A stretch of 64,000 bases of DNA, taken from the IMG/VR virus record IMGVR_UViG_3300023174_000036, positions 292,313-356,312 of that record; one strand, 5' to 3'. The translations under genes and the position numbers were made by a program. Within the stretch, counting starts at the first letter, position 1, and each line of letters begins with the position of its first letter. The notes beneath the pieces were generated by a model, which was not told the DNA's origin, did not search any database, and worked only from the letters and a program-made list of their open reading frames with translations. Shown here in pieces: positions 30,364 through 39,707 of the stretch.

Positions 30364-30415
30364 TATTATAATCCTCTAGCAATATTTAGCGTTTATTATG
30401 CTGGATAAATATTGT

Positions 30416-30634
30416 ATGAATCGTATTATAAACATTGCAATAAGCCTAGCACCCATGCCCTTGTTTGTGGCAGGAGCGGTGTATTCTTATCTAAATCCCA
30501 GTATGTGTGGAGCTGCCAATGAAATGCTACTGATGTGGATTGTAATGGCGGCAGCGCATGTTTCGCCTTGGATCATGTATTTGGAACAGCGACGTTATCG
30601 CAAAATCCAACACTTGCCCCATAAACAGCAGTGA
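30416..30634 (+). CDS. small two-TM membrane protein
   Basis: Hydrophobic; start 4 nt after TAAATA. Confidence 0.6.
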   Translation: MNRIINIAISLAPMPLFVAGAVYSYLNPSMCGAANEMLLMWIVMAAAHVSPWIMYLEQRRYRKIQHLPHKQQ

Positions 30635-30822
30635 TAGTGACCCGCCAACACTGCTTGAGCTTCCCAGTACAAATTATCTAACAGATCAAAGCGGCCAGTC
30701 ATCCACACAATTTCATCCACTTGCACAGTGCCTCGGACTCCTTGGATATACACACGCCAATAATTGCCTTGAGGGTCTTGTCGCCACTTGTAAGGCTCAA
30801 CAGTTTCCCATTCCATATGACG

Positions 30823-32598
30823 TTATGGTAGGCTTGAGATCTGTTTGACGGTGATAACACCTATCATGCCACCATGTAATTGGCAGAGATATCCGTAAGC
30901 ACCTGAGATGTTCTGTGGTATCTGCCAGTACAATGTTCCTGAAGTTTTGCCTTGAGCATTAGTTCCAGTACTCACAGTGCCGTCAGTGGCCACGTGAATC
31001 AAGCCAGTGTCATAATTGGCTCCGCTGAATCTAATCAAGAACGGATGACCACTCACGTTGAGATTGAACGCAATGGTAGTTCCGCTGATAGCATACAAGG
31101 TAGGATTATTACCCGAGTACTGATTGTTGAACAAGTATGCAGTGGAACCACTGTTGGTCACATCCAAACGTGTGATAGCTGGAATTACGCTGGAGGCCGC
31201 TACAGGAGTGAAACCCAATGCAGTGGTAACGGCACTGGAGTTGATGCCAGTTATGTATCCAGCACCATTTGTCAATTGATTGTTATTGGTGGGTATTGCT
31301 GATGTGAGCGCATAACCTGTCAGTGCTGAACTTGTTATGTAACTGTTTGGGTTGGCATTGCTGTAAGGAGTGAAACCCAATGCAGTGGTAACAGCACTGG
31401 AGTTGATGCCAGTTATGTATCCAGCACCATTTGTCAATTGATTGTTATTGGTGGGTATTGCTGATGTGAGCGCATAGCCCGTTAATGCTGAACTTGTTAT
31501 GTAACTGTTTGGGTTGGCATTGCTGTAAGGTGTGAATCCCAATGCAGTGGTAACCTGAGTGCTGGTCAAAGTATTTGCACTGATGCTGGTCACTGTGGCT
31601 GCATTGCCTGACACACTGCCAGTAATGGTATTGGTCACTGTGAGATTAGTCAATGTACCCACACTGGTCAAACTGCTGGACACCACATTCGCGGCCAGTA
31701 CTGTACCAGTCAGTGTGCCGGCCGCGGCAATTCCTCCGGCAGCAATTTGTTGCCAAACTGTGCCACTGTACAACACAAAATCACCTGCAGAAAATGTTAT
31801 ATTACCAGCTCCAAAATTCACTGTGCCGCCCACGCTCACAGCATATTGAAATCCAGCTGTGCCTGTACCGTTGACCAAAGTAGGAGAGTTAGTGCTGGCA
31901 TTCCACGTGCCTTTGTACACAACAGCGCCAGCACCTGTGGCTGCAATTACGCCTGAACCATTTATTGTGATAGTTGACCCATCCACTTTTACACCGCCCA
32001 ACACACTGGTAGTAGCAGTAGGTAATGTGTAAGTGGTGTAGTTTGCCACCAATTGATTACTGCCATTCAATGTTATAGTACTACCATCTATTTTGACACC
32101 ACCCAGCACTGACGTACTTGCAGTGGGTAATGTGTAAGTGGTGTAGTTTGCCACCAATTGATTACTGCCATTCAATGTTATAGTACTACCATCTATTTTG
32201 ACACCACCCAGCACTGATGTACTTGCAGTGGGCAATGAATAGTTAATATAGTTTGCCACCAATTGATTATTGCCATTCAATGTTATAGTGCTACCATCTA
32301 TTTTGACACCACCCAGCACTGATGTGCTAGCAGTGGGCAAGGTATAATTTGAACCGCCGCCTGAAGATACTAACTGCCCGCTACCGTTGATTGTAATGGT
32401 ACTGCCATCAATCTTAACTCCGCCCAACACTGAAGTTGAAGCCGCTGGCAGTGTGTATGATGTAATTTTATTGTTTACATACGTGGCCAATGCGCTTGCA
32501 GACACAGTCTTGTTGGCTCCACTATCTAAAACTGGAATTCTTGTTGCATCTACTGGATTAGCCAGTACAGGTAGTTGTGATATCTTTATATTTGCCAT
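30823..32598 (-). CDS. virion fibre with tandem repeats and C-terminal cupredoxin-like domain
   Basis: MANIKISQLP; about 5 copies of YTLPTASTSVLGGVKIDGSTIT; two 54-aa repeats; GHPF...YLCQLHGGM. Confidence 0.78.
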   Translation of the reverse strand: MANIKISQLPVLANPVDATRIPVLDSGANKTVSASALATYVNNKITSYTLPAASTSVLGGVKIDGSTITINGSGQLVSSGGGSNYTLPTASTSVLGGVKIDGSTITLNGNNQLVANYINYSLPTASTSVLGGVKIDGSTITLNGSNQLVANYTTYTLPTASTSVLGGVKIDGSTITLNGSNQLVANYTTYTLPTATTSVLGGVKVDGSTITINGSGVIAATGAGAVVYKGTWNASTNSPTLVNGTGTAGFQYAVSVGGTVNFGAGNITFSAGDFVLYSGTVWQQIAAGGIAAAGTLTGTVLAANVVSSSLTSVGTLTNLTVTNTITGSVSGNAATVTSISANTLTSTQVTTALGFTPYSNANPNSYITSSALTGYALTSAIPTNNNQLTNGAGYITGINSSAVTTALGFTPYSNANPNSYITSSALTGYALTSAIPTNNNQLTNGAGYITGINSSAVTTALGFTPVAASSVIPAITRLDVTNSGSTAYLFNNQYSGNNPTLYAISGTTIAFNLNVSGHPFLIRFSGANYDTGLIHVATDGTVSTGTNAQGKTSGTLYWQIPQNISGAYGYLCQLHGGMIGVITVKQISSLP

Positions 32599-32638
32599 TA
32601 TATTGTCCCCTACCAATATTTAGCTTAAATAGCTTACT

Positions 32639-33838
32639 ATGATTAATCACAAACCCTTTGAAGATCTAATACAAAACCTAAAAGATTCAGGAAAATATCG
32701 TGTTTTTAACGATATCGTACGTGAAAACGGCAAGTTTCCTAATGCCATTTGGTACGGACCATACAACATCAAAAACATAGTGAACTGGTGCTCAAACGAT
32801 TATTTGGGTATGGGCCAGCACAAAGTGGTGCTGGATGCCATGCACACAGCACTGGACCATACTGGTTCGGGTTCTGGCGGTACTCGCAACATTGGCGGTA
32901 CCAGTCACTATCACGTGGCTCTGGAGCATGAGTTGGCAACGCTACACAAGAAAGAAAAGGCAGTGTTGTTTAGTTCAGCTTATGTGGCCAACGAATGGAC
33001 GCTGATTGCACTGGCTAAGATTATCCCCAACATTGAATACATCAGCGATGCCAATAATCACAACAGTATTATCATAGGTATTAGTCATAGTAAGGCAAAG
33101 AAAGTTGTGTTCAAACACAACGACTTAGAAGATCTAGAACAGAAACTCAAGATTAGTTTTGCACAAGGCAATACACCTTGCGTGGTATTTGAATCAGTTT
33201 ACAGCATGGATGGCGATGTGGGACACATCAAAGAAATATGTAGATTAGCTGAAAAGTACAAAGCTATAACATACATTGATGAAGTTCATGCTGTGGGCTT
33301 GTATGGTGCAACCGGTGGTGGCAAAGTAGAAGAGCTTGGACTTGAAAACAAAATTGACATAGTCAATGGTACCTTGGGAAAGGCCTACGGAGTTCAAGGC
33401 GGTTACATTGCCTGTGACCGGATTGTGGCTGATGCTATTCGCAGTGTGGCCGCCGGCTTTATCTTTACAACGTCAATGAGTCCAGTAACATGTGCTGGTG
33501 CAATGGGCGCAATCAAATATTTAAAAGCACATCCTGAGATCCGCGAGCGTCATCAAGAACGTGCCGCCACATTAAAACGCAGATTAAAAGAAGCATGTAT
33601 TCCTGTCATGGAGTCAAGTACTAGTCATATTGTGCCAGTATTTGTTGGCGATGCTAAACGTGCTAAAGCCATGAGCGATGCACTGTTAAATGACTATAAC
33701 ATTTATGTACAGGCTATCAACTATCCCACAGTTGATGTGGGAACGGAGCGGTTGCGATTTGCACCTACTCCGTTTCATGATGATGGAATGATTGAAGACT
33801 TAGTTGAAGCATTAACTAAGTTATTTAATACAAACTGA
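32639..33838 (+). CDS. hemA: 5-aminolevulinate synthase (PLP-dependent, Shemin pathway)
   Basis: [69 protein letters not shown]. Confidence 0.93.
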   Translation: MINHKPFEDLIQNLKDSGKYRVFNDIVRENGKFPNAIWYGPYNIKNIVNWCSNDYLGMGQHKVVLDAMHTALDHTGSGSGGTRNIGGTSHYHVALEHELATLHKKEKAVLFSSAYVANEWTLIALAKIIPNIEYISDANNHNSIIIGISHSKAKKVVFKHNDLEDLEQKLKISFAQGNTPCVVFESVYSMDGDVGHIKEICRLAEKYKAITYIDEVHAVGLYGATGGGKVEELGLENKIDIVNGTLGKAYGVQGGYIACDRIVADAIRSVAAGFIFTTSMSPVTCAGAMGAIKYLKAHPEIRERHQERAATLKRRLKEACIPVMESSTSHIVPVFVGDAKRAKAMSDALLNDYNIYVQAINYPTVDVGTERLRFAPTPFHDDGMIEDLVEALTKLFNTN

Positions 33839-34055
33839 TCAGTTGTGTAACACCAAACACTAGAGCCGCGGTAGCTTGTTGATCTGCGGCGCCTTCTTCT
33901 AATTTCTCTGTACTGATCAAATCTTGTAAGATTTCTTTGGCTTCGCTTGGACTCAGTTGTCCAGCACCCACAGCTTCATGTACTTGTAATGCATATTGGG
34001 CACGTTCTGCGGCCCACGGATGACCACTATTCATTAGTTCTGCTAGTACGCTCAT
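33825..34055 (-). CDS. hypothetical protein
   Basis: TAATG-coupled to the upstream lipoprotein. Confidence 0.65.
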   Translation of the reverse strand: MSVLAELMNSGHPWAAERAQYALQVHEAVGAGQLSPSEAKEILQDLISTEKLEEGAADQQATAALVFGVTQLISLY

Positions 34056-34438
34056 TAGAATCTCCCTTGTACTGAACCTGTTAAGATTTCAGTTTGTTGT
34101 TTAATAATTTTTACTTTGAGGTCGCAATACAATGGACTTACTGGACCAGTTTTCAAACGATCTTGATACTCTTTAACTGTTGTTGTCAATGTACTTGTTA
34201 ACTTGCTAATATCTCTTGTTGGTTTAGTCTTGGCGTAAATGTCAAACCACTCTACATTTAACGACAATGCATTTAACTGTGCGGCTTGGTCGCCTTTACA
34301 ATCAAAGTGATTAACTTGTACTTGTATGTCTGTAATTACTTTTGCTTGGTTAACGTCCCAACGACTTGGAATCTTTTCCATTATGCCGGCACAGCCTGTT
34401 AAACTTAAAAATGCTATAATTGTTATTAGTTTTTTCAT
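34055..34438 (-). CDS. lipoprotein
   Basis: Lipobox LTGC after hydrophobic signal. Confidence 0.75.
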   Translation of the reverse strand: MKKLITIIAFLSLTGCAGIMEKIPSRWDVNQAKVITDIQVQVNHFDCKGDQAAQLNALSLNVEWFDIYAKTKPTRDISKLTSTLTTTVKEYQDRLKTGPVSPLYCDLKVKIIKQQTEILTGSVQGRF

Positions 34439-34845
34439 TTTGCTTCATCATCCGTAATTGGTCCACCGACTACCCAAGCATCGCATGTGCGTAAGCTGGC
34501 ACATTTGAATTTTAAAAACTGGCAATAGCCTAAATCACCTGCACCTATTGTTGCTTTGGCATCTACATCGCCTATGCCTTTTTCTATACAGTCTAGAACT
34601 TTTGACGTTTGATCAAATGCCGCGCAGTTGCCGCATCTTGATTGTTTAACTGATTCTATATCATCAGTGTTCCATTTGTCAGCAATGCGTTGCCAGTATT
34701 CGTCATTGGGCAGTTGTGGATTCAATGGACCGTAGTTGTTTTCATCAATGGCCTTCTGACGATTCTTTAAATTCAGTTCAATGTCCTGTGTTGCGGGTGG
34801 ACAGCCTTTTTCCAAAGCTTCAATTAGTGTTATAAAGTTTCTCAT
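34435..34845 (-). CDS. Cys-rich conserved phage protein
   Basis: CPPATQDI, CGNCAAF, GYC..KFKCAS.RTCDAW. Confidence 0.7.
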   Translation of the reverse strand: MRNFITLIEALEKGCPPATQDIELNLKNRQKAIDENNYGPLNPQLPNDEYWQRIADKWNTDDIESVKQSRCGNCAAFDQTSKVLDCIEKGIGDVDAKATIGAGDLGYCQFLKFKCASLRTCDAWVVGGPITDDEAK

Positions 34846-35771
34846 TTGTGTTTAGCTCTTCCTGCTTTCATGTTAGCTAGCCAATGTGCCAGCTGTCCTT
34901 TACGTCCGCCTTGTTTGGCAGTTTTACGTAATGAACTTATACTTGCTTTAGTATTAATGCCGTGGCGTTTGGCATCTCCCTTGTCTTGTGGATTACGTCC
35001 ATCAGCAAAGTTCTCATCTCGTTTGGTATATACTTGCTGTGCTTTTCTATCAATTTCGCCACGTTCTATTTTATCAGGGTCTTTGGCTTTTTCTTTTTCA
35101 AAGTACTTACGCATTTCTTCCGAAGACACTTTGGGTTTCTTAGCTACCTTTGTTGGTGTTGTTAAGAAACCCATTATACCTTCGTTTGTTCTATGATATT
35201 CGCTTGCTTCGCCTTCTAGACTAACGTGCCAAGCATAGAACTTAGTCTGCGGATACTCATCTTTGAGTTCCACAAACGATTCTAAGTTAGGCACAGCATC
35301 ATCATACATGATAGCTTTTGTATAATGTCCTTGGTCCATTAACTTACGAATAATAATCTTTTTCTTTTCTTCTGTTTGCATTTTGCCGGTCATGTTGCCC
35401 GCACGGTACACATGCACTTTGCCCATGTCTACTCCATACTTGCGGAATGTATCAAGAAATAGTTCTTTATCGTCAAAGTCAGCACGGGCAGTTACCATTA
35501 CCACTTTGTTACCTGTGGCAATGTCATGCTTTAACTGATCCATCATTGGTATAATTGGTTTACTGTTATGAAAGAAATCGTGTGCGTTGCGAAAGTTTTC
35601 AAAGTCAAAAGTTTCGCCGGGTTGTAGTTTGTAGTGTGTGAAGTCGTGACTATTGAGTTCTTTAATAACTTGACCATCTTTGATTACATTTACTTTTGTC
35701 TGGGTATGAACAAGAGTGTCATCTATATCAAAGATAACCAATTTCTTTGGCTGAAACTCTTGTGCTCTCAC
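34842..35771 (-). CDS. HAD-family phosphatase fused to basic C-terminal modules
   Basis: FDIDDT, VTAR, K, MYDD; MRAQEF leader. Confidence 0.78.
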   Translation of the reverse strand: MRAQEFQPKKLVIFDIDDTLVHTQTKVNVIKDGQVIKELNSHDFTHYKLQPGETFDFENFRNAHDFFHNSKPIIPMMDQLKHDIATGNKVVMVTARADFDDKELFLDTFRKYGVDMGKVHVYRAGNMTGKMQTEEKKKIIIRKLMDQGHYTKAIMYDDAVPNLESFVELKDEYPQTKFYAWHVSLEGEASEYHRTNEGIMGFLTTPTKVAKKPKVSSEEMRKYFEKEKAKDPDKIERGEIDRKAQQVYTKRDENFADGRNPQDKGDAKRHGINTKASISSLRKTAKQGGRKGQLAHWLANMKAGRAKHK

Positions 35772-36473
35772 TTAGCAATTCCATTTACGCAGTGCTAGAG
35801 CTTTGCGTGTTGGCTTACCGTTGGGTTTTTTCATTGGGCCTTTGACTCCGCCCATTCTAGCACAGAATGATTTACGACGCTTGGCTGCTTTACTGCCTGA
35901 TTTTAGTTTGCTGGGTTTTGTTGTTACGGCCATTTGCAGTTTGCTACCTGGATTCTCTCTGCGATAGCTGGCAACACCTTTGGCATTTAGGCCGCCTTTC
36001 TTACTCTTACCTGCACTCCTACGCCAGGCAGCAGATTCGTCTAGTAATTCGTGATCATCAACTGATTCAAAGTCTTCCCAAATTTGTTCTGTATCAACAC
36101 CATGTGCTTCTGCAAGTGCTTCTACCATTTCTTCAATTATGTCAAACAGTTGGTTAGGATCTATACTTTCATTGGGCACACAGTTGCGTACCTGGCCGCC
36201 ATTCTTGCCTTTCTTAGTGCCAGCGGCATGATGTCCTGGCCAGCATTTGGTTACACCGTTTGAATCTTTGGCACCTTTTTTGATTTCATTCAGTGTGCCG
36301 TGCGATTGGCACATGCCGCAATCTTCACAAACCATCTCCATTTCAACGGATTCCGTGTGCTTCTTTTTGCCAGCACAATGAGCCTTTTGACTAAAGCCTT
36401 TAGGGTGTGAGCAGTTAATACTTTTCTTGTACTTTTGACTCCATCCTTCAGTAATAAATTCAGTTGCTCTCAT
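35772..36473 (-). CDS. modular basic head-internal protein
   Basis: MRATEFITE leader; several short Cys/Lys-rich modules. Confidence 0.7.
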   Translation of the reverse strand: MRATEFITEGWSQKYKKSINCSHPKGFSQKAHCAGKKKHTESVEMEMVCEDCGMCQSHGTLNEIKKGAKDSNGVTKCWPGHHAAGTKKGKNGGQVRNCVPNESIDPNQLFDIIEEMVEALAEAHGVDTEQIWEDFESVDDHELLDESAAWRRSAGKSKKGGLNAKGVASYRRENPGSKLQMAVTTKPSKLKSGSKAAKRRKSFCARMGGVKGPMKKPNGKPTRKALALRKWNC

Positions 36474-36611
36474 GATTTGTTAAGTCCTTTATAGTCAGTG
36501 GAATACCCGCCATTCCGCAACCAAACAACGCCAAGCCATTATATAGGGCTATAAGGATTTCTTTTAGAATCGGTTCCATCGTCTTCTGGCCACACTGGAT
36601 ATTTATCGGGT

Positions 36612-37427
36612 TCAGTCAGCTTTGCCACATTTTGCTCTTTTTGCGTTTGTTAATGCTCCAAAATCAACTGGCCATTCTTGCCCTGGCGCTAGTTCAACAG
36701 CACCAGCTGGAAATTTATAGTCAACTCCTGCTAGTTTTTCTATTTCTACAATGGGCTTGCGGAACACAGTAAGGTCATTGCCCAAATTAACGTAAGGTTT
36801 GGTATGTGGAAATACCCATCCAGCAATTTGTCGAGTTTGATTGTTAATTACAATTTTGTAGTAGCCATGCGGAACAATAACTCCGGCGCCAATTGTAGGA
36901 TCACCAGCGCCATATAATGCTCCCACGAATACGGTATAACTCTGGTTGGTTTGAACTGCCCAACCTCGGACGGATGTCTCCAACAATTTCCAAATTCCCC
37001 TGTTTAAAGAGCCGTGTTGAGGGTACATGTTTGTCATTAAAAAACTTTCATATTCCACTTGTTGGCTCCAGCTTAGGTCGCCGTCTGGAGCGGCATGTCC
37101 TTTGTCGTAACCAGTGCCAGCATAGTCATCTGGTCTAGCACCAGTTCCGCCTAGACTTTGATCAGCTACAAATGCATTGGTGCGTGGAAAACAACCCAAT
37201 GCGTTTTGTGGCAACAGTGTGTAAGCCACATAAACTGGAATCTTTACTGGAGCATCATATGCCACTAGATACGCTTCTCTGCAAATAGGTTGTGCTGTGC
37301 GGGCTGTTTGAGCAAAGCCGTAAGGGCTGTGGACAGCGCAGGCTTGTACGGGTAATGGAGCACGTTGCTCCCAGGCTTGGGCCAATCCTGCTGTAAACAG
37401 CAAGATCAAAGCTAATAATCGTTTCAT
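36612..37427 (-). CDS. secreted DNA/RNA non-specific endonuclease (NucA/Serratia type)
   Basis: Signal peptide; YDKGHAAP, TNMYPQ..LNRGIWKLLE, VPHGYYK. Confidence 0.9.
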   Translation of the reverse strand: MKRLLALILLFTAGLAQAWEQRAPLPVQACAVHSPYGFAQTARTAQPICREAYLVAYDAPVKIPVYVAYTLLPQNALGCFPRTNAFVADQSLGGTGARPDDYAGTGYDKGHAAPDGDLSWSQQVEYESFLMTNMYPQHGSLNRGIWKLLETSVRGWAVQTNQSYTVFVGALYGAGDPTIGAGVIVPHGYYKIVINNQTRQIAGWVFPHTKPYVNLGNDLTVFRKPIVEIEKLAGVDYKFPAGAVELAPGQEWPVDFGALTNAKRAKCGKAD

Positions 37428-37463
37428 GTAGTACCTCTTTAAGTACTACTATTTATGATTAAA

Positions 37464-38138
37464 TTATTGTATTATTGAGATGATTTCTTTAGCTATTTGT
37501 TGGTGCCACAAGTGTCCTGGATGCTGTCTGTCCAATGCAAAATCTAGGAATTCGCTGTGATTTTTCATAACTCTATGGTCAGTCACTGGCGAGTATTCGA
37601 AGTTCCAAGATTCAGCACCACCAAACACTTTCTTGAGATTTTTACTGTCTAAATAAAGTGCGGCATGATCCATATACAAGCAATTGGTAATTGACAAATG
37701 CCGATCACTGTGTGTTTTGTAAAAATTGTGTGCAATTTCCAATTGTTGATTGATTGATAAATTTGATTTATCTGATTGATACTTCATCAAGTCAGCACCA
37801 ACAGGATGTTTTAATATCTTTAAAGAGTCTTCAGCCATCCAAGGTTGTACGTTGATAAAATCATTATTTTCCAATATTAACGTTGCTGTTCCTAGCGATG
37901 GCCATTGCACCAATACTATATCAGTGGACTCAAATCTAAAATTTAATATTTTTAAAAGTACATCTAATGCGCCAGAGCCTGGACTACTGAGATTAATGCA
38001 CTCACATGTCAATTGTTCTGCCACTAAATTAGGGTAAGCAAACTTGCTTGGTGTTGAGCCTGGAGAATAAGGAGGAGTAAAGCAGTCTTCTAATCCATGC
38101 CCAAACATTTCGCTAGGTCCAAATGCTATTATTCTCAT
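37464..38138 (-). CDS. SGNH-like hypothetical protein
   Basis: AFGPSEMFG, INLSSPGSG, DRQHPG. Confidence 0.55.
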   Translation of the reverse strand: MRIIAFGPSEMFGHGLEDCFTPPYSPGSTPSKFAYPNLVAEQLTCECINLSSPGSGALDVLLKILNFRFESTDIVLVQWPSLGTATLILENNDFINVQPWMAEDSLKILKHPVGADLMKYQSDKSNLSINQQLEIAHNFYKTHSDRHLSITNCLYMDHAALYLDSKNLKKVFGGAESWNFEYSPVTDHRVMKNHSEFLDFALDRQHPGHLWHQQIAKEIISIIQ

Positions 38139-38140
38139 AA

Positions 38141-38575
38141 TTAAAAACTGTTATTGAACCAGCCTATCTTACGGCCTTCTGCAATACGCTTGTCATGTTC
38201 TTCTACACTGCCTGGAAAACGCCATGCCCATACAGCTACCAACAACATGAATATGCCTGTGTAGACTACACCTTTAACTGGCACAGTAAAGCTCATGATA
38301 ATCAAACTAGTGCTCATCATGGCCAGCATAAAATATTTCATCTTTGTAGGGAACACACGTTTTTCTCCCCAGTTGGTTAGAAACGGGCCAAAGATCTTGT
38401 GGTTATACAACCAGGCATGCATTTTAGGCGATCCTTTGGCAAAGCAATAGGCCGCAAATACTACAAAGCAACTGTAAGGTATGCCTGGTGTGATTAACCC
38501 CACATAGGCCATGCCTAGGCTTAAAAAGCCTAGGACTTTCCATAAAAATTGTTTTACTTTAGATATTGTAACCAT
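38141..38575 (-). CDS. YbaN/DUF454 family inner-membrane protein
   Basis: GFLSLGMAYVGLITPGIP..F...AAYCFAKGSPKMHAWL..HKIFGP. Confidence 0.85.
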   Translation of the reverse strand: MVTISKVKQFLWKVLGFLSLGMAYVGLITPGIPYSCFVVFAAYCFAKGSPKMHAWLYNHKIFGPFLTNWGEKRVFPTKMKYFMLAMMSTSLIIMSFTVPVKGVVYTGIFMLLVAVWAWRFPGSVEEHDKRIAEGRKIGWFNNSF

Positions 38576-39066
38576 TCGGTATGCCTTACGTTGAACTCTT
38601 GCTTCTTGCGCTTATTTACAAGATTGTAGTAGTCTGGCTTGTAAGGTTTGACTCTTGGCTTGATACCCAGTTTGTCGCTCTTGTGGCTGTTGCATGGTCC
38701 ACAGGCAGTTACACAGTTATCCCATGTGGTCTTACCGCCTTTAGATACTGGCAACACATGATCTAATGTAGCAACTTTGCGTTCTATTTCGCAACCGCAA
38801 TACTGGCATTGTCCATCGTCACGCAGGTATACATTGGATCTACTAAATCTAACTGTAGTTTTGATTTTCATGTAGTCGCGCAGAATGATTACGCTGGGCA
38901 CTGGTGTTTCCCAACGTGCTGAACGTACTACCCAATTGTCGTGCCAATGCAATACAACAGCCTTATCCAAGACCATGTATTTGATTGACTCTTGCCAATT
39001 GATTGTGCTTAACGGTAGTACACTAACTGGTAAACCGTCAGCGTTGAGAACTAAACAGTCTGACAT
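38554..39066 (-). CDS. HNH endonuclease
   Basis: LVLNAD, RDDGQCQYCG, TLDHVLPVSKGG...NCVTACGPCN. Confidence 0.92.
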   Translation of the reverse strand: MSDCLVLNADGLPVSVLPLSTINWQESIKYMVLDKAVVLHWHDNWVVRSARWETPVPSVIILRDYMKIKTTVRFSRSNVYLRDDGQCQYCGCEIERKVATLDHVLPVSKGGKTTWDNCVTACGPCNSHKSDKLGIKPRVKPYKPDYYNLVNKRKKQEFNVRHTEWLQYLK

Positions 39067-39135
39067 TTCTTTTCTTCTAAATGGGGTTATTACAGAAACA
39101 ATTATAACTTCACTTTGTATTTAAGTCAAGATCGA

Positions 39136-39684
39136 TTACAATAATATGTTTTGGGCAAATTCTAAACCGCTTTGGTCCAATGCACTGCACCATTGTTCTT
39201 GTTGATCGCTACCAAAAATTAAATTTAAATTTGATTTGGTCAAACACCAACTATTTTCTTTGGTCCACGGTGCTTTGCCTTCGATTTCACTGTCCAACTG
39301 TCCCACAGCCCATCCGCACATACCAAGGAATATTCTATAGTATTCGGGCCTGTCCCCTGATGCTAGTCTGTGTATCATATCACCAGTACTGCTAAGTGAT
39401 AGTTCATTGGATATGCGCAATGTATTTGAAGTACGCCATTCGCTTGAATGAAGCATGGTTAGGCTCTGACTGTTTACTGGGCCACCTACATAGATATAAC
39501 CGGGCAAATCTATGTCACAGTTCATCTGCTGGCCAAACTCAACAATACTCAGAGTGCTACGTTTGTTTAGTACAAACCCTACACTGCCTGCGGCGTGATG
39601 TTCAGTGACAGCAATTACAGTTTTATGCCAGAAATTGTTTTTTACTGCGGGTGGGGCGATTAATAAGGTACCTGCTAGATTCAT
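39136..39684 (-). CDS. YqgE/AlgH family protein
   Basis: GTLLIA, GFVLNK, GGPV, FLGMCGWAVGQLDSEI. Confidence 0.88.
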   Translation of the reverse strand: MNLAGTLLIAPPAVKNNFWHKTVIAVTEHHAAGSVGFVLNKRSTLSIVEFGQQMNCDIDLPGYIYVGGPVNSQSLTMLHSSEWRTSNTLRISNELSLSSTGDMIHRLASGDRPEYYRIFLGMCGWAVGQLDSEIEGKAPWTKENSWCLTKSNLNLIFGSDQQEQWCSALDQSGLEFAQNILL

Positions 39685-39707
39685 GTAGGTATTTATTTGT
39701 GCTTAAA

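Noticed and set aside
27300-32450. Diversity-generating retroelement template/variable repeats
   Set aside because: Repeats are in-frame tandem units without adenine-specific mismatches, and no reverse transcriptase is present
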